Shown: positions 8,152 to 19,611 of the stretch, one piece after another | Layout: each line of letters starts with the position of its first letter | Numbering within the stretch: the stretch's first letter is position 1 | Source: an uncultured bacterium | GTDB lineage: Bacteria; Patescibacteriota; Saccharimonadia; UBA4664; SCTI01 | Direction of reading: 5' to 3' | Length of the DNA: 64,000 nt | NCBI GenBank assembly: GCA_963721685.1 | Contig: CAVRJJ010000005.1 | Span: 231,943-295,942, forward strand | Notes under the pieces: generated by a model | What the model was told of the DNA's origin: nothing | Database searches by the model: none | Seen by the model: only the letters and a program-made list of their open reading frames with translations | Translations under genes and position numbers: made by a program

Positions 8152-9157
8152 GAAAACTCTGATCCAATTAGACGTTAACTACGACGATATTATCGCATCC
8201 AGTAACTTACTGCTAGCCTGGCGGGAGTTTAGGGCTGGCAAGCGTGGTAAGACGGACGTGCAAGCGTTTGAGCACCTGTTAATGGATAATCTGTTGTCGC
8301 TCCACGAGAAGCTGAAGCAAGGGGAGTATCATCACCAAGGTTATTATCAGTTTGGGATTTCCGACCCGAAGCCTCGGCAAATCCATAAGGCCAGCGTTCG
8401 CGACCGGGTGCTCAATCATGCCGCTTATCGCGTACTTTATCCCTTTTTTGATAAGACATTTATTTACGATTCATATTCCTGTCGCAAACACAAAGGTACG
8501 CACGCCGCTTTGCAACGATTTGAGCAGTTTGGCCGTCAGGTGAGCCGGAACGATACGCGCACCTGCTGGGTGCTCAAATGTGACATTAGAAAGTTCTTTG
8601 CCACCATTGACCAAGCAATCTTAGTAAGGATTTTGGCGGATTATATCCCCAACCCGGAGGTAATGGCACTGTTAAAGCTGGTTATTGGGAATTTCGAGAC
8701 GATGCCCGGAAAAGGCTTGCCGCTCGGCAACCTAACCTCTCAGTTGTTAGTGAACGTCTACCTTAATCGGTTCGATCAGTTTGTAAAGCACCGGCTTAAA
8801 GCTCGACACTACATTCGTTATGCCGATGACTTCGTACTTCTGTCTACCGACTGTGACTGGCTGTTAGCCCAGATTCCCTTGATTGATGATTTTCTGCGCG
8901 AACACCTGGACTTGCGAATGCACCCACAGAAAACATCGGTGCAGACACTTGCTTCGGGGATCGATTTTTTAGGGTGGGTGCATTATCCCCATCACCGGGT
9001 GGTACGCACGGCTACGAAAAGGCGAGCCTTACGGCAACTGGAACAATCAAGCTCACCTGAAACGCTACAATCGTACTTGGGACTACTCAATCATGGTGAT
9101 GCTTTTAAGGTGCGGCAGGAAATTCGTAATAAGGGGTATTTGTGGCATGAGGATTGA
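8150..9157 (+). CDS. DGR reverse transcriptase
   Basis: DPKPRQI, RDRVLNHA, KGTH, KCDIRKFF, GLPLGNLTSQ, YIRYADDF, IDFLG; likely start MKTLIQ at 8150. Confidence 0.95.
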   Translation: MKTLIQLDVNYDDIIASSNLLLAWREFRAGKRGKTDVQAFEHLLMDNLLSLHEKLKQGEYHHQGYYQFGISDPKPRQIHKASVRDRVLNHAAYRVLYPFFDKTFIYDSYSCRKHKGTHAALQRFEQFGRQVSRNDTRTCWVLKCDIRKFFATIDQAILVRILADYIPNPEVMALLKLVIGNFETMPGKGLPLGNLTSQLLVNVYLNRFDQFVKHRLKARHYIRYADDFVLLSTDCDWLLAQIPLIDDFLREHLDLRMHPQKTSVQTLASGIDFLGWVHYPHHRVVRTATKRRALRQLEQSSSPETLQSYLGLLNHGDAFKVRQEIRNKGYLWHED

Positions 9158-9406
9158 GCTAGCATCTGTTCAAGTCCCTCCATCTTGGTCTTGCTAAGGC
9201 AAACAAAATCATCTCAAAAAGCCCATTTCCATATCCGTTAGTGCTAAGCCGTGACTGGATTATAAGTCGTAAGCTGCCAGAAGCTTGTGGGCTTCAGTGC
9301 AAAGTGAGGATGGGTCAGGCTTCAGAGATTGACATTTATCCCAAATATTGCAATCATTATCCCCAGTTCGCTGATCTGACAATGCAGGTTACCGGAAGGA
9401 CATCAC

Positions 9407-9772
9407 ATGGTCGTGGCTCAGCTGTTGCCCGATGAATCGACTCTGCTGCATGGCAATTGTTTCGCCTTGGACGTAACGCTCACGCATACATCGGGAGTTT
9501 TCTCGGGTGTCTGTGAGGTTGACGCAGTGCTGAGGTGGATCATTTTCCTCCACATCTATCGCCGGACGGACCCGCCAAACCCGAGACCGCCGATGGCACC
9601 TGACATGCTCGTCGACAACTTCGTTGTACCGTTGCCCATATGGACTCCGGTACATACAAACGCTTGTGGCTACCGGGTGACCTCTGGGAGCCTGGTTCTG
9701 CTATTTCCGCCATCGGAACCGCTAGCGGTTAGCCGCCAGGCTCGTTTGCCCTGGTGGGAGTGGGATGAGTAG
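9407..9772 (+). CDS. GC-rich orphan hypothetical protein
   Basis: GGAAGGA SD and TTGACA promoter upstream; first gene of a two-gene unit. Confidence 0.55.
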   Translation: MVVAQLLPDESTLLHGNCFALDVTLTHTSGVFSGVCEVDAVLRWIIFLHIYRRTDPPNPRPPMAPDMLVDNFVVPLPIWTPVHTNACGYRVTSGSLVLLFPPSEPLAVSRQARLPWWEWDE

Positions 9773-9802
9773 GTACCTGCCATCAACGACGAAAGGACCA
9801 CA

Positions 9803-10189
9803 ATGGCTCGTCAAACAGCTGTAGATAGACTCGGATTGCTCGCGATTCGCGCTCTTGAAGGGCGTGTCATCACGTGCAGGACTGCCGGAACAATCCGGAT
9901 CGGCGTGATCGAAGAGATCACGCTTCGTCCGGACAAGTCGGTGAATGTCGCCTACTCCCTTCGGTCTGAAGTGGAGGGGCCTCACTGGTTGCTCGTATCG
10001 GGCGCGTCTAGCATTACGTTGCCCGTCAATGGGACACCACAACCCACACCTGACGGAACCGGCATCATGTGGTATGTCGCCACGACGACCGTCGTGATCC
10101 ATGGCCCTCTGTCGACGCCTAACGGCGTTGCGGGGTGGTTCACTGCCGCGGCAGCCATGCGGTTACGACCCCCAGCCCCTCGCGGGTGA
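9803..10189 (+). CDS. GC-rich orphan hypothetical protein
   Basis: AAAGGA SD before ATG; GC-rich hairpin downstream. Confidence 0.55.
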   Translation: MARQTAVDRLGLLAIRALEGRVITCRTAGTIRIGVIEEITLRPDKSVNVAYSLRSEVEGPHWLLVSGASSITLPVNGTPQPTPDGTGIMWYVATTTVVIHGPLSTPNGVAGWFTAAAAMRLRPPAPRG

Positions 10190-10328
10190 CGACCACGCAA
10201 GTGGAGTTCGTCGCTTGCGGCGGGCTCTACTGCACTTATTCTTCTTGCAAATGAGTAGATTTATATTGCATAATCCTGGAACGTTCCTTGAACAGCCCAG
10301 TCTACGAAGCCCGAAAGGGGTAAGAAGC

Positions 10329-10982
10329 GTGAGTAAATCAGATCAACCCGCCTACACCGTCATGGTCAGGAAGCGGGACGACGGCCGGATCATGGATCTC
10401 AGCGTCGAGGGCATGACCCTGGGCAAGCGGCTGTGGATGCACATTCCGGAGTCGGATTTCACCCGCCCAGGCATACGCCTGGAGGGCGATGGGGAGGTGG
10501 GCGCCGATGTGCTTTCCCGTCTCCTCGACTTCCATGCCCGATGGGTCCAGCTGGGCCCTACCTGGCTCAGGTGGAGGGCAGAACCTAGGTTCGGCAGTGC
10601 GGCGAATCTCGCTCCGATCATGGGGCTGCTGGGACGACTTCCCGGCTGCGAGGTCGCCTACCTTCCCTGGTTCAACACCGATATGGTGGCGGTGGACATG
10701 ATGCCGTCGCTTACCACCCTGCAGGCCAACGTCCCCCACAACCCGGCAGCGTCCCCTCTGACACTTGTGGGTTCGCTGACGGAGAGTGGCGGCAAGGGGA
10801 TCGTGCTCGAAGCTCGGGCGATAGGCATTGACGACAATGGCGGTCGCGGCGAACCGCACGCCGAACTGCTGGTTCGTGAGGCGGACACGGAAAACCGCTG
10901 GCAGCTTGTGCGTGTACGACTTAAGGAGGGCACGCACCCAGGAGCTCCCAAGCCGCGCTTTCCCTACGAGATCTACAACTAA
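10329..10982 (+). CDS. GC-rich orphan hypothetical protein
   Basis: GTG start after AAGGGGT; GC3-rich codons; followed by a strong hairpin. Confidence 0.6.
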   Translation: MSKSDQPAYTVMVRKRDDGRIMDLSVEGMTLGKRLWMHIPESDFTRPGIRLEGDGEVGADVLSRLLDFHARWVQLGPTWLRWRAEPRFGSAANLAPIMGLLGRLPGCEVAYLPWFNTDMVAVDMMPSLTTLQANVPHNPAASPLTLVGSLTESGGKGIVLEARAIGIDDNGGRGEPHAELLVREADTENRWQLVRVRLKEGTHPGAPKPRFPYEIYN

Positions 10983-10983
10983 C

Positions 10984-11012
10984 GCGCCCCGCAGGCCCCC
11001 GCTTGCGGGGCG
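10984..11012 (+). terminator. GC-rich hairpin terminator
   Basis: GCGCCCCGCAG...TTGCGGGGCGC inverted repeat right after the stop. Confidence 0.55.
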
Positions 11013-11161
11013 CCTGTCGTTTAAACAGTTACGCTCTCGATGCGCTTAAGCTAAATGCCAAAAAAGTCGTAGAGATGCACCCGGATATTGCCACAATCTT
11101 CCAATGCACTAATGCTACGCCGAGGCGTAGAGTGGGGAGGAAATAGAGGAGGAGTTAGGCG

Positions 11162-11422
11162 ATGGCAACCAAGCAGTCACCACGATCAAAACGTAAGTAC
11201 GAAGATAATTTTTACGAGACCATGCCGGGCGGTTTGTACATTGATTCCCGCGAGCTTTTTCCGGGCCGGGTAGCGGATGACGACACACTTGAAGCTGGGG
11301 AAGATAAGCAGAAAAAAACGGGAAACCGAATGCTGCGCCAAAGCCTAATCCTTATTGGACTGCTCGTTGCTCAAGTTATCTTGTTTATGCTCCTCATTAA
11401 TTACACTGTCAATTTAGGCTAG
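11162..11422 (+). CDS. Small protein with C-terminal TM helix
   Basis: GAGGAGGAG SD; hydrophobic C-terminus. Confidence 0.6.
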   Translation: MATKQSPRSKRKYEDNFYETMPGGLYIDSRELFPGRVADDDTLEAGEDKQKKTGNRMLRQSLILIGLLVAQVILFMLLINYTVNLG

Positions 11423-11427
11423 CACAG

Positions 11428-11601
11428 CTAGCCTCCTTGGCGTTTTGTTGGTGGCTTCCGTTTTTGGCCGGGCGCCTGTAGCTGCTCGCCAAAGTTTTCG
11501 GAATTTGATTTATACTTCCGTCGTGTTTCCGCTGATTTTCGCCCGCCTAGCTGACCTGCGCGCGCGTGTCCGGCTGAGTCTCCGTGCCATCCTCGTGCCA
11601 T
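11428..11601 (-). CDS. 57-aa basic protein with KGG/general-stress-like motif
   Basis: Not in the track; MARGWHGDSAGHARAGQLGGRKS... preceded by AAAGGGGGT. Confidence 0.6.
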   Translation of the reverse strand: MARGWHGDSAGHARAGQLGGRKSAETRRKYKSNSENFGEQLQAPGQKRKPPTKRQGG

Positions 11602-11701
11602 ACTGGTACCCCCTTTGCATTATCTAATGATAGGGGCATTATAGCCAAGCGGGGAGGAATCTTCGTTGTGCGAATCGCTAACTTTACCGCGAAATTTGTA
11701 T

Positions 11702-12343
11702 TTACTTCTTTTGTGAAGCGTCGTCGATTAACCCTTTAAGAGTGTTGTAGTCGAAGGAAGTGGCTTTCATGCCGTCAACATAAAAGGTGGGGGTAGATTG
11801 GACTACCAACGAATTTCCATCAGCCAGATCATCTTGTACAATTTTCTTTATTTCAGCGGTAGCGCTGTCCTGCTTGAATTTAGGGATATCCAAACCAATT
11901 TCCGCGGCGTATTTATCAAAATGCTCACTGGGGTTGCCGGCGGTTGCCCATTCGGTTTGGTGTTCATACAACTTGTCGTGCATTTCCCAAAACTTATTTT
12001 GGACGGCGGCGGCTTCAGCGGCGTACGCGGCCGGTTTGGCGTTTTTATGTATCTCAAGAGGGAAGTTACGGAACACAAAATTAATTTTACCGTCAAAATC
12101 TTGGAGCACCTTTTGCATAATAGGATGCGCCTGTTTACAGGCGGGACATTGGTAGTCGCCAAACTCTACCACCTGTATTGGACCGGCGCCGGTTTTATGG
12201 CTTGTCTGGTTTGACAGCTTAGAGAGGTCAGCCTTTGGGCCGGTGGTTGAATTGCCGGAATCACCAGCTGCCATAAACAGCGCGATCATCCCCGCGGTTA
12301 TAACTAATACGATACCTGCTAAGATTTTTGCTTCACGACTCAT
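11702..12343 (-). CDS. dsbA: DsbA-family thiol-disulfide oxidoreductase (BdbD-like)
   Basis: EFGDYQCPAC, FRNFPL, TPTF; N-terminal anchor. Confidence 0.9.
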   Translation of the reverse strand: MSREAKILAGIVLVITAGMIALFMAAGDSGNSTTGPKADLSKLSNQTSHKTGAGPIQVVEFGDYQCPACKQAHPIMQKVLQDFDGKINFVFRNFPLEIHKNAKPAAYAAEAAAVQNKFWEMHDKLYEHQTEWATAGNPSEHFDKYAAEIGLDIPKFKQDSATAEIKKIVQDDLADGNSLVVQSTPTFYVDGMKATSFDYNTLKGLIDDASQKK

Positions 12344-12780
12344 GAGCGTTTGCCCCTTTCATACACCATCAGAGTTATCATCGATATGATTATGATACTA
12401 AAGGCAACCAAGGACATAAAGGGAATGGTGATAAAACCAAACAAGTTGATTTGGACGGTGGTGCAAGATACTCCTTGAATACAGGGAGAAAGAGTGTCGG
12501 AAATAAGCTTCCACTGAATTAGCGTGTGGTATAGGGCGATAACCCAACCGATACCGGCTAAGGGAAGGACATACTGGCACAAGCCCCGCTCGCCGCGCAA
12601 GATCCCTACGCCTAAGATAATTACTAAGGGGTACATGGCAATACGCTGGTACCAGCACAGGATGCAGGGGGGCAAGTGGCGAACCTCGCTTAAATATAAA
12701 CTCACTATCGTAGCGATAAGGGCCACGGCAAACGCGATATAAACCGAGAAGTGCATTCCTTTACGGGGGGGAGTAGACAT
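12340..12780 (-). CDS. dsbB: Disulfide bond formation protein B (BdbC-like)
   Basis: PCILCWYQR and a second Cys pair; four TM segments; overlaps dsbA by 4 nt. Confidence 0.9.
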   Translation of the reverse strand: MSTPPRKGMHFSVYIAFAVALIATIVSLYLSEVRHLPPCILCWYQRIAMYPLVIILGVGILRGERGLCQYVLPLAGIGWVIALYHTLIQWKLISDTLSPCIQGVSCTTVQINLFGFITIPFMSLVAFSIIIISMITLMVYERGKRS

Positions 12781-12936
12781 GAAACTAGTATAGCATCAGC
12801 GTAATTATGTTTTGGCAGCAGTAATCGCGTGTTTTTTGGGCCGGCGGGCACTGCAATTATTAAGCATAACTGATATAATACAGAAGTAATTACGTAAGCA
12901 TGTCACAGCTTACAGAAGGCTGTGGTAGAGGTGATA

Positions 12937-13566
12937 ATGACTGATGTATTAATATTCGGATTGCTTGTGCTAAATGCCGTGCTCTTAGTGCTGGTTTGGT
13001 ACTTCTGGAAGTCCGCACAAGAAAAGCATCCGCAAAAAGCGGAGGAAGCGCCGTCTAACGCTTCCTCCGAGCCGGAGCCCCCCGCGGTTAAGCTGCCCGA
13101 GCTGTCACCGGAAGAGTTGCAACGTTTAGAGCAAGCGGCGTCAACGGCATTTGAACAAGCGGTTAACAGCGCTACCGACCGGTTTGGTAAAAGTTTGGAC
13201 GAAACTTCGGGCCGGCTTAACCAGCTTATTACCCGTTTGACTACCGGGATTGTAGAAAAAGAGCTTGACCAGTATAAGGCCAATGTCGACGAAGCCCGCA
13301 AAGCCGCCCTAGCCAGCCTTTCAAACATGCAAACCGCGGTTGAGGCCCAGCAACAAACCTTGCAAGCCGAAATTGATAAAGCCTTAATTGACCGCCGAAC
13401 CTATTTGCTTGAGCGGCTCGACAGGCGTTTGGGTGAAGCGGTATCAACTTATTTGGTTGAAAGTCTTGGCCAAGCCGCCGACCTGGGAGCCCAGCGGGCA
13501 TTCTTACTGGAAAGCTTAGAGCGCCATAAAGCTGATCTAAAAAGTGAGTTTGGTGATGAAACCTAA
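12937..13566 (+). CDS. Single-pass coiled-coil protein, possible b-subunit-like stator of the F1-like ATPase
   Basis: N-terminal TM plus long helical region; first gene of the atp-like operon; GAGGTGA SD. Confidence 0.6.
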   Translation: MTDVLIFGLLVLNAVLLVLVWYFWKSAQEKHPQKAEEAPSNASSEPEPPAVKLPELSPEELQRLEQAASTAFEQAVNSATDRFGKSLDETSGRLNQLITRLTTGIVEKELDQYKANVDEARKAALASLSNMQTAVEAQQQTLQAEIDKALIDRRTYLLERLDRRLGEAVSTYLVESLGQAADLGAQRAFLLESLERHKADLKSEFGDET

Positions 13567-14023
13567 GCTGCCAAAAGAAGTTTATTCGATTGACCAGATT
13601 CTGGCGGTGTCCGAAGAGCTACATAGTTACAGTGTTTACCTCGCTTCCAATCGGGTACAGGGTAAAACACCGGAAACGTTTGATTTGTCTTTCCGAGCAG
13701 AAGCCGTGGTGAATTTAATGCCGGAAGACCAGCGGACCGACCAAGGGATTGAGGCCTACCGGGTAGAGCTGGAGGGATTGGCCACCAGCGCTCCTACCGT
13801 CACCCTGGTATTGGCAGCCCAGGCCAAACCCAGTCTTAAGCAAGAGCTGGTGAACTGGCTGCGTGCCAATATCCACCCCGACCTCCTGGTTAATTTCCGC
13901 GCCAACCCCAATATTGCCGGCGGGGTGGTTATCCGCACAGTCAACCACGTGTATGACTGTTCGTTCCGCCAGGCATTATTGGCCCATCCGGAAAAGTTTA
14001 CCGAGGTGTTAACCCGTGTTTGA
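13556..14023 (+). CDS. atpH: ATP synthase delta-like subunit
   Basis: C-terminal NPNIAGGVVIR..VYDCSFR resembles the delta/OSCP C-terminus; lies just before atpA. Confidence 0.65.
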   Translation: MKPKLPKEVYSIDQILAVSEELHSYSVYLASNRVQGKTPETFDLSFRAEAVVNLMPEDQRTDQGIEAYRVELEGLATSAPTVTLVLAAQAKPSLKQELVNWLRANIHPDLLVNFRANPNIAGGVVIRTVNHVYDCSFRQALLAHPEKFTEVLTRV

Positions 14024-15439
14024 AAATGAGCAGTTTGGGCGGTTAATCGCCGACGGCAAACCATCTGGCGAGGTAGTAGCAATTAAGGAGCTGCTTACGA
14101 TTGTGCGGGGACTCGAGGGCGCGGCTGTGAATAGCCTTGTCATGTTTGAAGATGGTAGCCGCGGGATGGTGCGGTCGGTCAAAGATTCCCTAGTGGAGAT
14201 TTTAACCTTCGCGGCCGAGGGGGCTAAATTAGGGAGCATCGCCGTGCTTGAGCGCGATATTTTGCAAACCAAGGTAGGGGAGGGCCTGATCGGCCGGGTC
14301 GTGAATGTCTTGGGTGAGCCGCTCGATGGGAAAGGGCAAATAGCCACCAGCGGAGAAGAGCCGGTATTTGCTACCGCCCCCGGTATTATTGAGCGCCAAG
14401 CGCTCGATGCCCAGTTGGTTACGGGAGTGGCCATTGTTGATTCACTGTTTCCGTTTGTGTTGGGGCAGCGTATCGCCGTCCTAGGGGATAACAAGTCTGG
14501 CAAAAGTACCTTTATGCGGCAACTAACCCAGCAGCAAGCAACGCAAGATGGCCGGATAATCATTTATGTCTTAATTGCCAAGCGCCAGGTTGATGTGGAT
14601 ACGTTGATTGCCGAGCTTAATGAGACCGGCGCCATCACGCACTCTATTGTGGTGGTTGCATCCAGCTTTGATGCGCTCAGCCAATCATATCTGGCGCCCT
14701 ATGTTGCCTGCGCAATGGGCGAGTACCTCTGGAAGATGGGGCGTAATATCATTATCATTTATGATGACCTTACCAACCACGCCAAAGTCTATCGTGAAAT
14801 TTCATTGCTCGCCGAAGTCTCGCCAGGCCGCGACTCGTATCCCGGCGATATGTTCTACGCCCACTCATCCCTTTTGGAGCGGGCGGGAAAATTAAGGGAT
14901 GGCGGCGGCACCTTTAGCGCGATTCCTGTCATTTTAACGCCCAATGACGACATTACCGCCTACCTTTCAACCAGTATTATGTCCATTACCGACGGGCAAA
15001 TTATTTTTGACTTGCAGTCGTTCCGTAAAGGAGTCCGCCCGGCCGTGAACGTTGGTTTAAGCGTTTCCCGTGTGGGCGGGCGTGTGCAAAATAAGGATTG
15101 GAAAAAGCTGAGCGGGCAGTTGTTTAGGAAGCTCGCCGACTACCGGCAAGCCGCGGAGTTCTCGCAGTTCGGCTCGGAGCTTTCTCCGGAGGCGCAGGCT
15201 GACCTCGCCCTCGGTCGGCAGCTGTATGAAGTCTATAAGCAGTTGCCCCGAGATTTGTATGACATTAACACCCAATATCTCATGTTGGCGACACCGATGG
15301 CGGGTGCCGGTAAGGTTTCCTTGAATGTGGTGATGCTAAAAGCTGAGGCCGCTAAGCGGGCGGCGAGCCTCGCACCTGATGCAGACCTGAATCCGGTGGT
15401 CCAGGAGCTCTTACAAGCGGCAACGGTACAGGTGGCCAA

Positions 15440-15443
<4 letters not shown>
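14016..15443 (+). CDS. atpA: F1 ATPase alpha subunit (divergent)
   Basis: YDDL, PGRDSYPGDMFYAHSSLLERAG, SITDGQI, SVSRVGG; atypical P-loop GDNKSGKS. Confidence 0.92.
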
Positions 15444-17606
<2,163 letters not shown>

Positions 17607-17608
17607 CT

Positions 17609-17866
17609 ATGGATACCCAGGAAAAATTAAAAATTAAAGTATTTTCGCCCTATCAAACTTTTTTTGAAGGAACCGGGGTATCGCTATCCGCGGTTAACCA
17701 AACCGGGCCTTTTGATATTTTAGCGGGGCATTCCAATTTCTTCTCGATTATTAAACCTGGCCGGGTAACGGTGGACACCGGATTTCAAACCCCGGTTATT
17801 ATTGAGGTTGAAAGCGGCATTTTGCGGGTTACCGACAATAAGGTAACATTGTATGCTAACGTTTAA
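17609..17866 (+). CDS. atpC: F1 epsilon-like subunit (beta-sandwich domain only)
   Basis: GPFDILAGHSNF and SGILRV; 85 aa with no C-terminal helices. Confidence 0.75.
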   Translation: MDTQEKLKIKVFSPYQTFFEGTGVSLSAVNQTGPFDILAGHSNFFSIIKPGRVTVDTGFQTPVIIEVESGILRVTDNKVTLYANV

Positions 17867-17887
17867 TTAACTATTACGGGAGCAACC

Positions 17888-18433
17888 ATGAAGCGCGTTG
17901 CCATGGTACTTTTTATTACGGCCGCCCTGGCCGCACTTTTTGGATTCATGCAGCTCGGTATCCACCAGCGTCATGTGGCCGAGCAGGTTGGCGCTATTAT
18001 CAAAGCCGATAAGGCTGGAGAGGTGATAGCCGGTACCGAGAATGACTTAGTTGCCTATACCCGGTCACATATGAAAACCTCAACCCGTTATGTGCTTGAG
18101 GGGAGTTATGCCCGAGCTGTAGAAAGCGCCCAGGCTGCCGCCAACCCCGCCAGTAACGGACAGGTTTACGCCGCGGCCCAAACGGCTTGTGCCGGTAGGG
18201 CCGACTCGGTTGCCCAGGCGCGATGTGTCCAAACTTATTTGGCAACCCACGCTACGCCCGCCGCCAACCCCTCCGCGGTCAGCTTGCCGGAAAAAGGGGA
18301 TTACACCAAAAGCGTTTCTTCGCCTGGGTGGACGCCGGATTCAGCAGGGTTGGCGCTTCTGGTTACTGTGGCGGCGTTTGTGCTGGCAGCCTACCTAATG
18401 CTTTTATCCTTAACTAAAAAAGCCTCCTATTAA
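17888..18433 (+). CDS. Two-TM membrane protein, last gene of the atp-like operon
   Basis: Hydrophobic termini with a Cys pair in the loop; followed by a terminator. Confidence 0.65.
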   Translation: MKRVAMVLFITAALAALFGFMQLGIHQRHVAEQVGAIIKADKAGEVIAGTENDLVAYTRSHMKTSTRYVLEGSYARAVESAQAAANPASNGQVYAAAQTACAGRADSVAQARCVQTYLATHATPAANPSAVSLPEKGDYTKSVSSPGWTPDSAGLALLVTVAAFVLAAYLMLLSLTKKASY

Positions 18434-18447
18434 GCAGGAGGCTTTTT
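18416..18447. terminator. Bidirectional intrinsic terminator
   Basis: AAAAAAGCCTCCT-ATTAAGC-AGGAGGCTTTTT between convergent genes. Confidence 0.8.
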
Positions 18448-18464
18448 AGAAATAACAGCTTAAC

Positions 18465-18971
18465 TTACTTTTTTCCGCTCGCTTTATATTCTTTGATGGC
18501 TTGGGCTACTTTCCCGTCATCCTTAAGATTTTCCCAAAAGAGGACTTGCTCGCGAGATACATACATGGAATCTTCCGGTCCATGAAGTTCGCCGCCAAGC
18601 TTGGCTAAAGAAACCTTGGGCTGGGCCGTGTCGGCCTTTTGTCCTGGCTGGACTTGCTGCTGGGCAGCACCGTCCACCTGAAGGTAGTAAATATCGGTGA
18701 GTTTTACATAGCTGCTGTTAATATTGGCCAGCTTGCCAAAATAAACCTGCCCGTTGGTTAGGAACAAGGCTTGGGTCTGCTTGCCTTTTACGGGAGGGTT
18801 GTCTCCGCTACTGCCTATAAGGCGAGTAACCAGGTAGGCGGTTAAGACTACGGAAGTGATAATGAGCAATACTACCAGTACGGTATTAAGAATACTGCTA
18901 TTGCCTGATCCGCTAGCCGGAATTACCGGAGCGTGGTGAACGGGGGGTTGCGCGCTGCGACGAGGTTCCAT
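18465..18971 (-). CDS. Conserved membrane-anchored hypothetical protein (CPR-type)
   Basis: QALFLTNGQVYFGKL..LTDIYYL..LGGELHGPED..FWENLK motif set. Confidence 0.75.
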   Translation of the reverse strand: MEPRRSAQPPVHHAPVIPASGSGNSSILNTVLVVLLIITSVVLTAYLVTRLIGSSGDNPPVKGKQTQALFLTNGQVYFGKLANINSSYVKLTDIYYLQVDGAAQQQVQPGQKADTAQPKVSLAKLGGELHGPEDSMYVSREQVLFWENLKDDGKVAQAIKEYKASGKK

Positions 18972-19199
18972 AAAAACTCCACTTAACTTTAAAAACTATA
19001 GACCACTGCCTTTAGACTTAAGTATAACTTAATAAGCTTATGGCTACAACCGCCCCGAGAGGCTAAATCAGCTAAATCTGAGATTTTTACCAAAAATGGG
19101 CGCCAATCTGTTGGAGGCCTATTTTCAGATAGAAAAGTTGACAACCCTACAACCGTTAGCTTAATCTGAAACTCAAGATTAACTATAAGTGAGGTTCCG

Positions 19200-19397
19200 A
19201 TGGCTTTTTCGCACGTTAACTCAAAAGGTCAAACATATTATCTACATATGCGTGACGTCACCCTTAAGGGTGGCCGCGTACAGCGCATATATTTCTTTGC
19301 CCGCGAGGTAAAGGATGGTGCTATTGACGCGCTGCCAGATGGCTATATTGTAGTGGAAAACCCACGCACCGGCCTGCCGATTCTCAAGAAGGGCTAA
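19200..19397 (+). CDS. Conserved 65-aa hypothetical protein
   Basis: NSKGQTYYLH..IYFF..ENPRTGLP; GAGG SD, TTGACA promoter, terminator at ~19416-19446. Confidence 0.75.
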   Translation: MAFSHVNSKGQTYYLHMRDVTLKGGRVQRIYFFAREVKDGAIDALPDGYIVVENPRTGLPILKKG

Positions 19398-19611
19398 TCC
19401 CCTCCCTAAGGAAGCAAAAAAGTCGCTTAAGAAAGCGGCTTTTTTGATACCCACACGAAAATTCCTAAAAGGGTAGTGTATACTTAAGCCTACTATGAAA
19501 CCAGAGCTACGATCATGTTGATAAACAAACGCGTAACCACCTGGTCCGGTTTTAGCGGATAAGCACTCTCGCGAGAGGGGCTTATTACTTAACCGACTAG
19601 GGAAAAATTAA

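Larger units (their letters stand above)
6613..9157. mobile_element. Diversity-generating retroelement (target-VR, TR, avd, RT)
   Basis: VR/TR pair with adenine-only mismatches, DGR-type RT and four-helix-bundle Avd within 2.6 kb. Confidence 0.96.

Noticed and set aside
8033-9157. RT as a group II intron maturase, retron or CRISPR-associated RT
   Set aside because: No maturase or endonuclease extension and no cas genes; GNLTSQ motif, Avd and the VR/TR pair identify a DGR
9407-10982. Orphan genes downstream of the RT as additional DGR targets
   Set aside because: Their 3' ends show no similarity to TR or to the GTTTTCGCGGTTCGCGCTCGC IMH segment
17888-18433. Possible missing Fo c subunit
   Set aside because: 181 aa with widely separated TM helices, and no GxGxG or conserved ion-binding carboxylate hairpin
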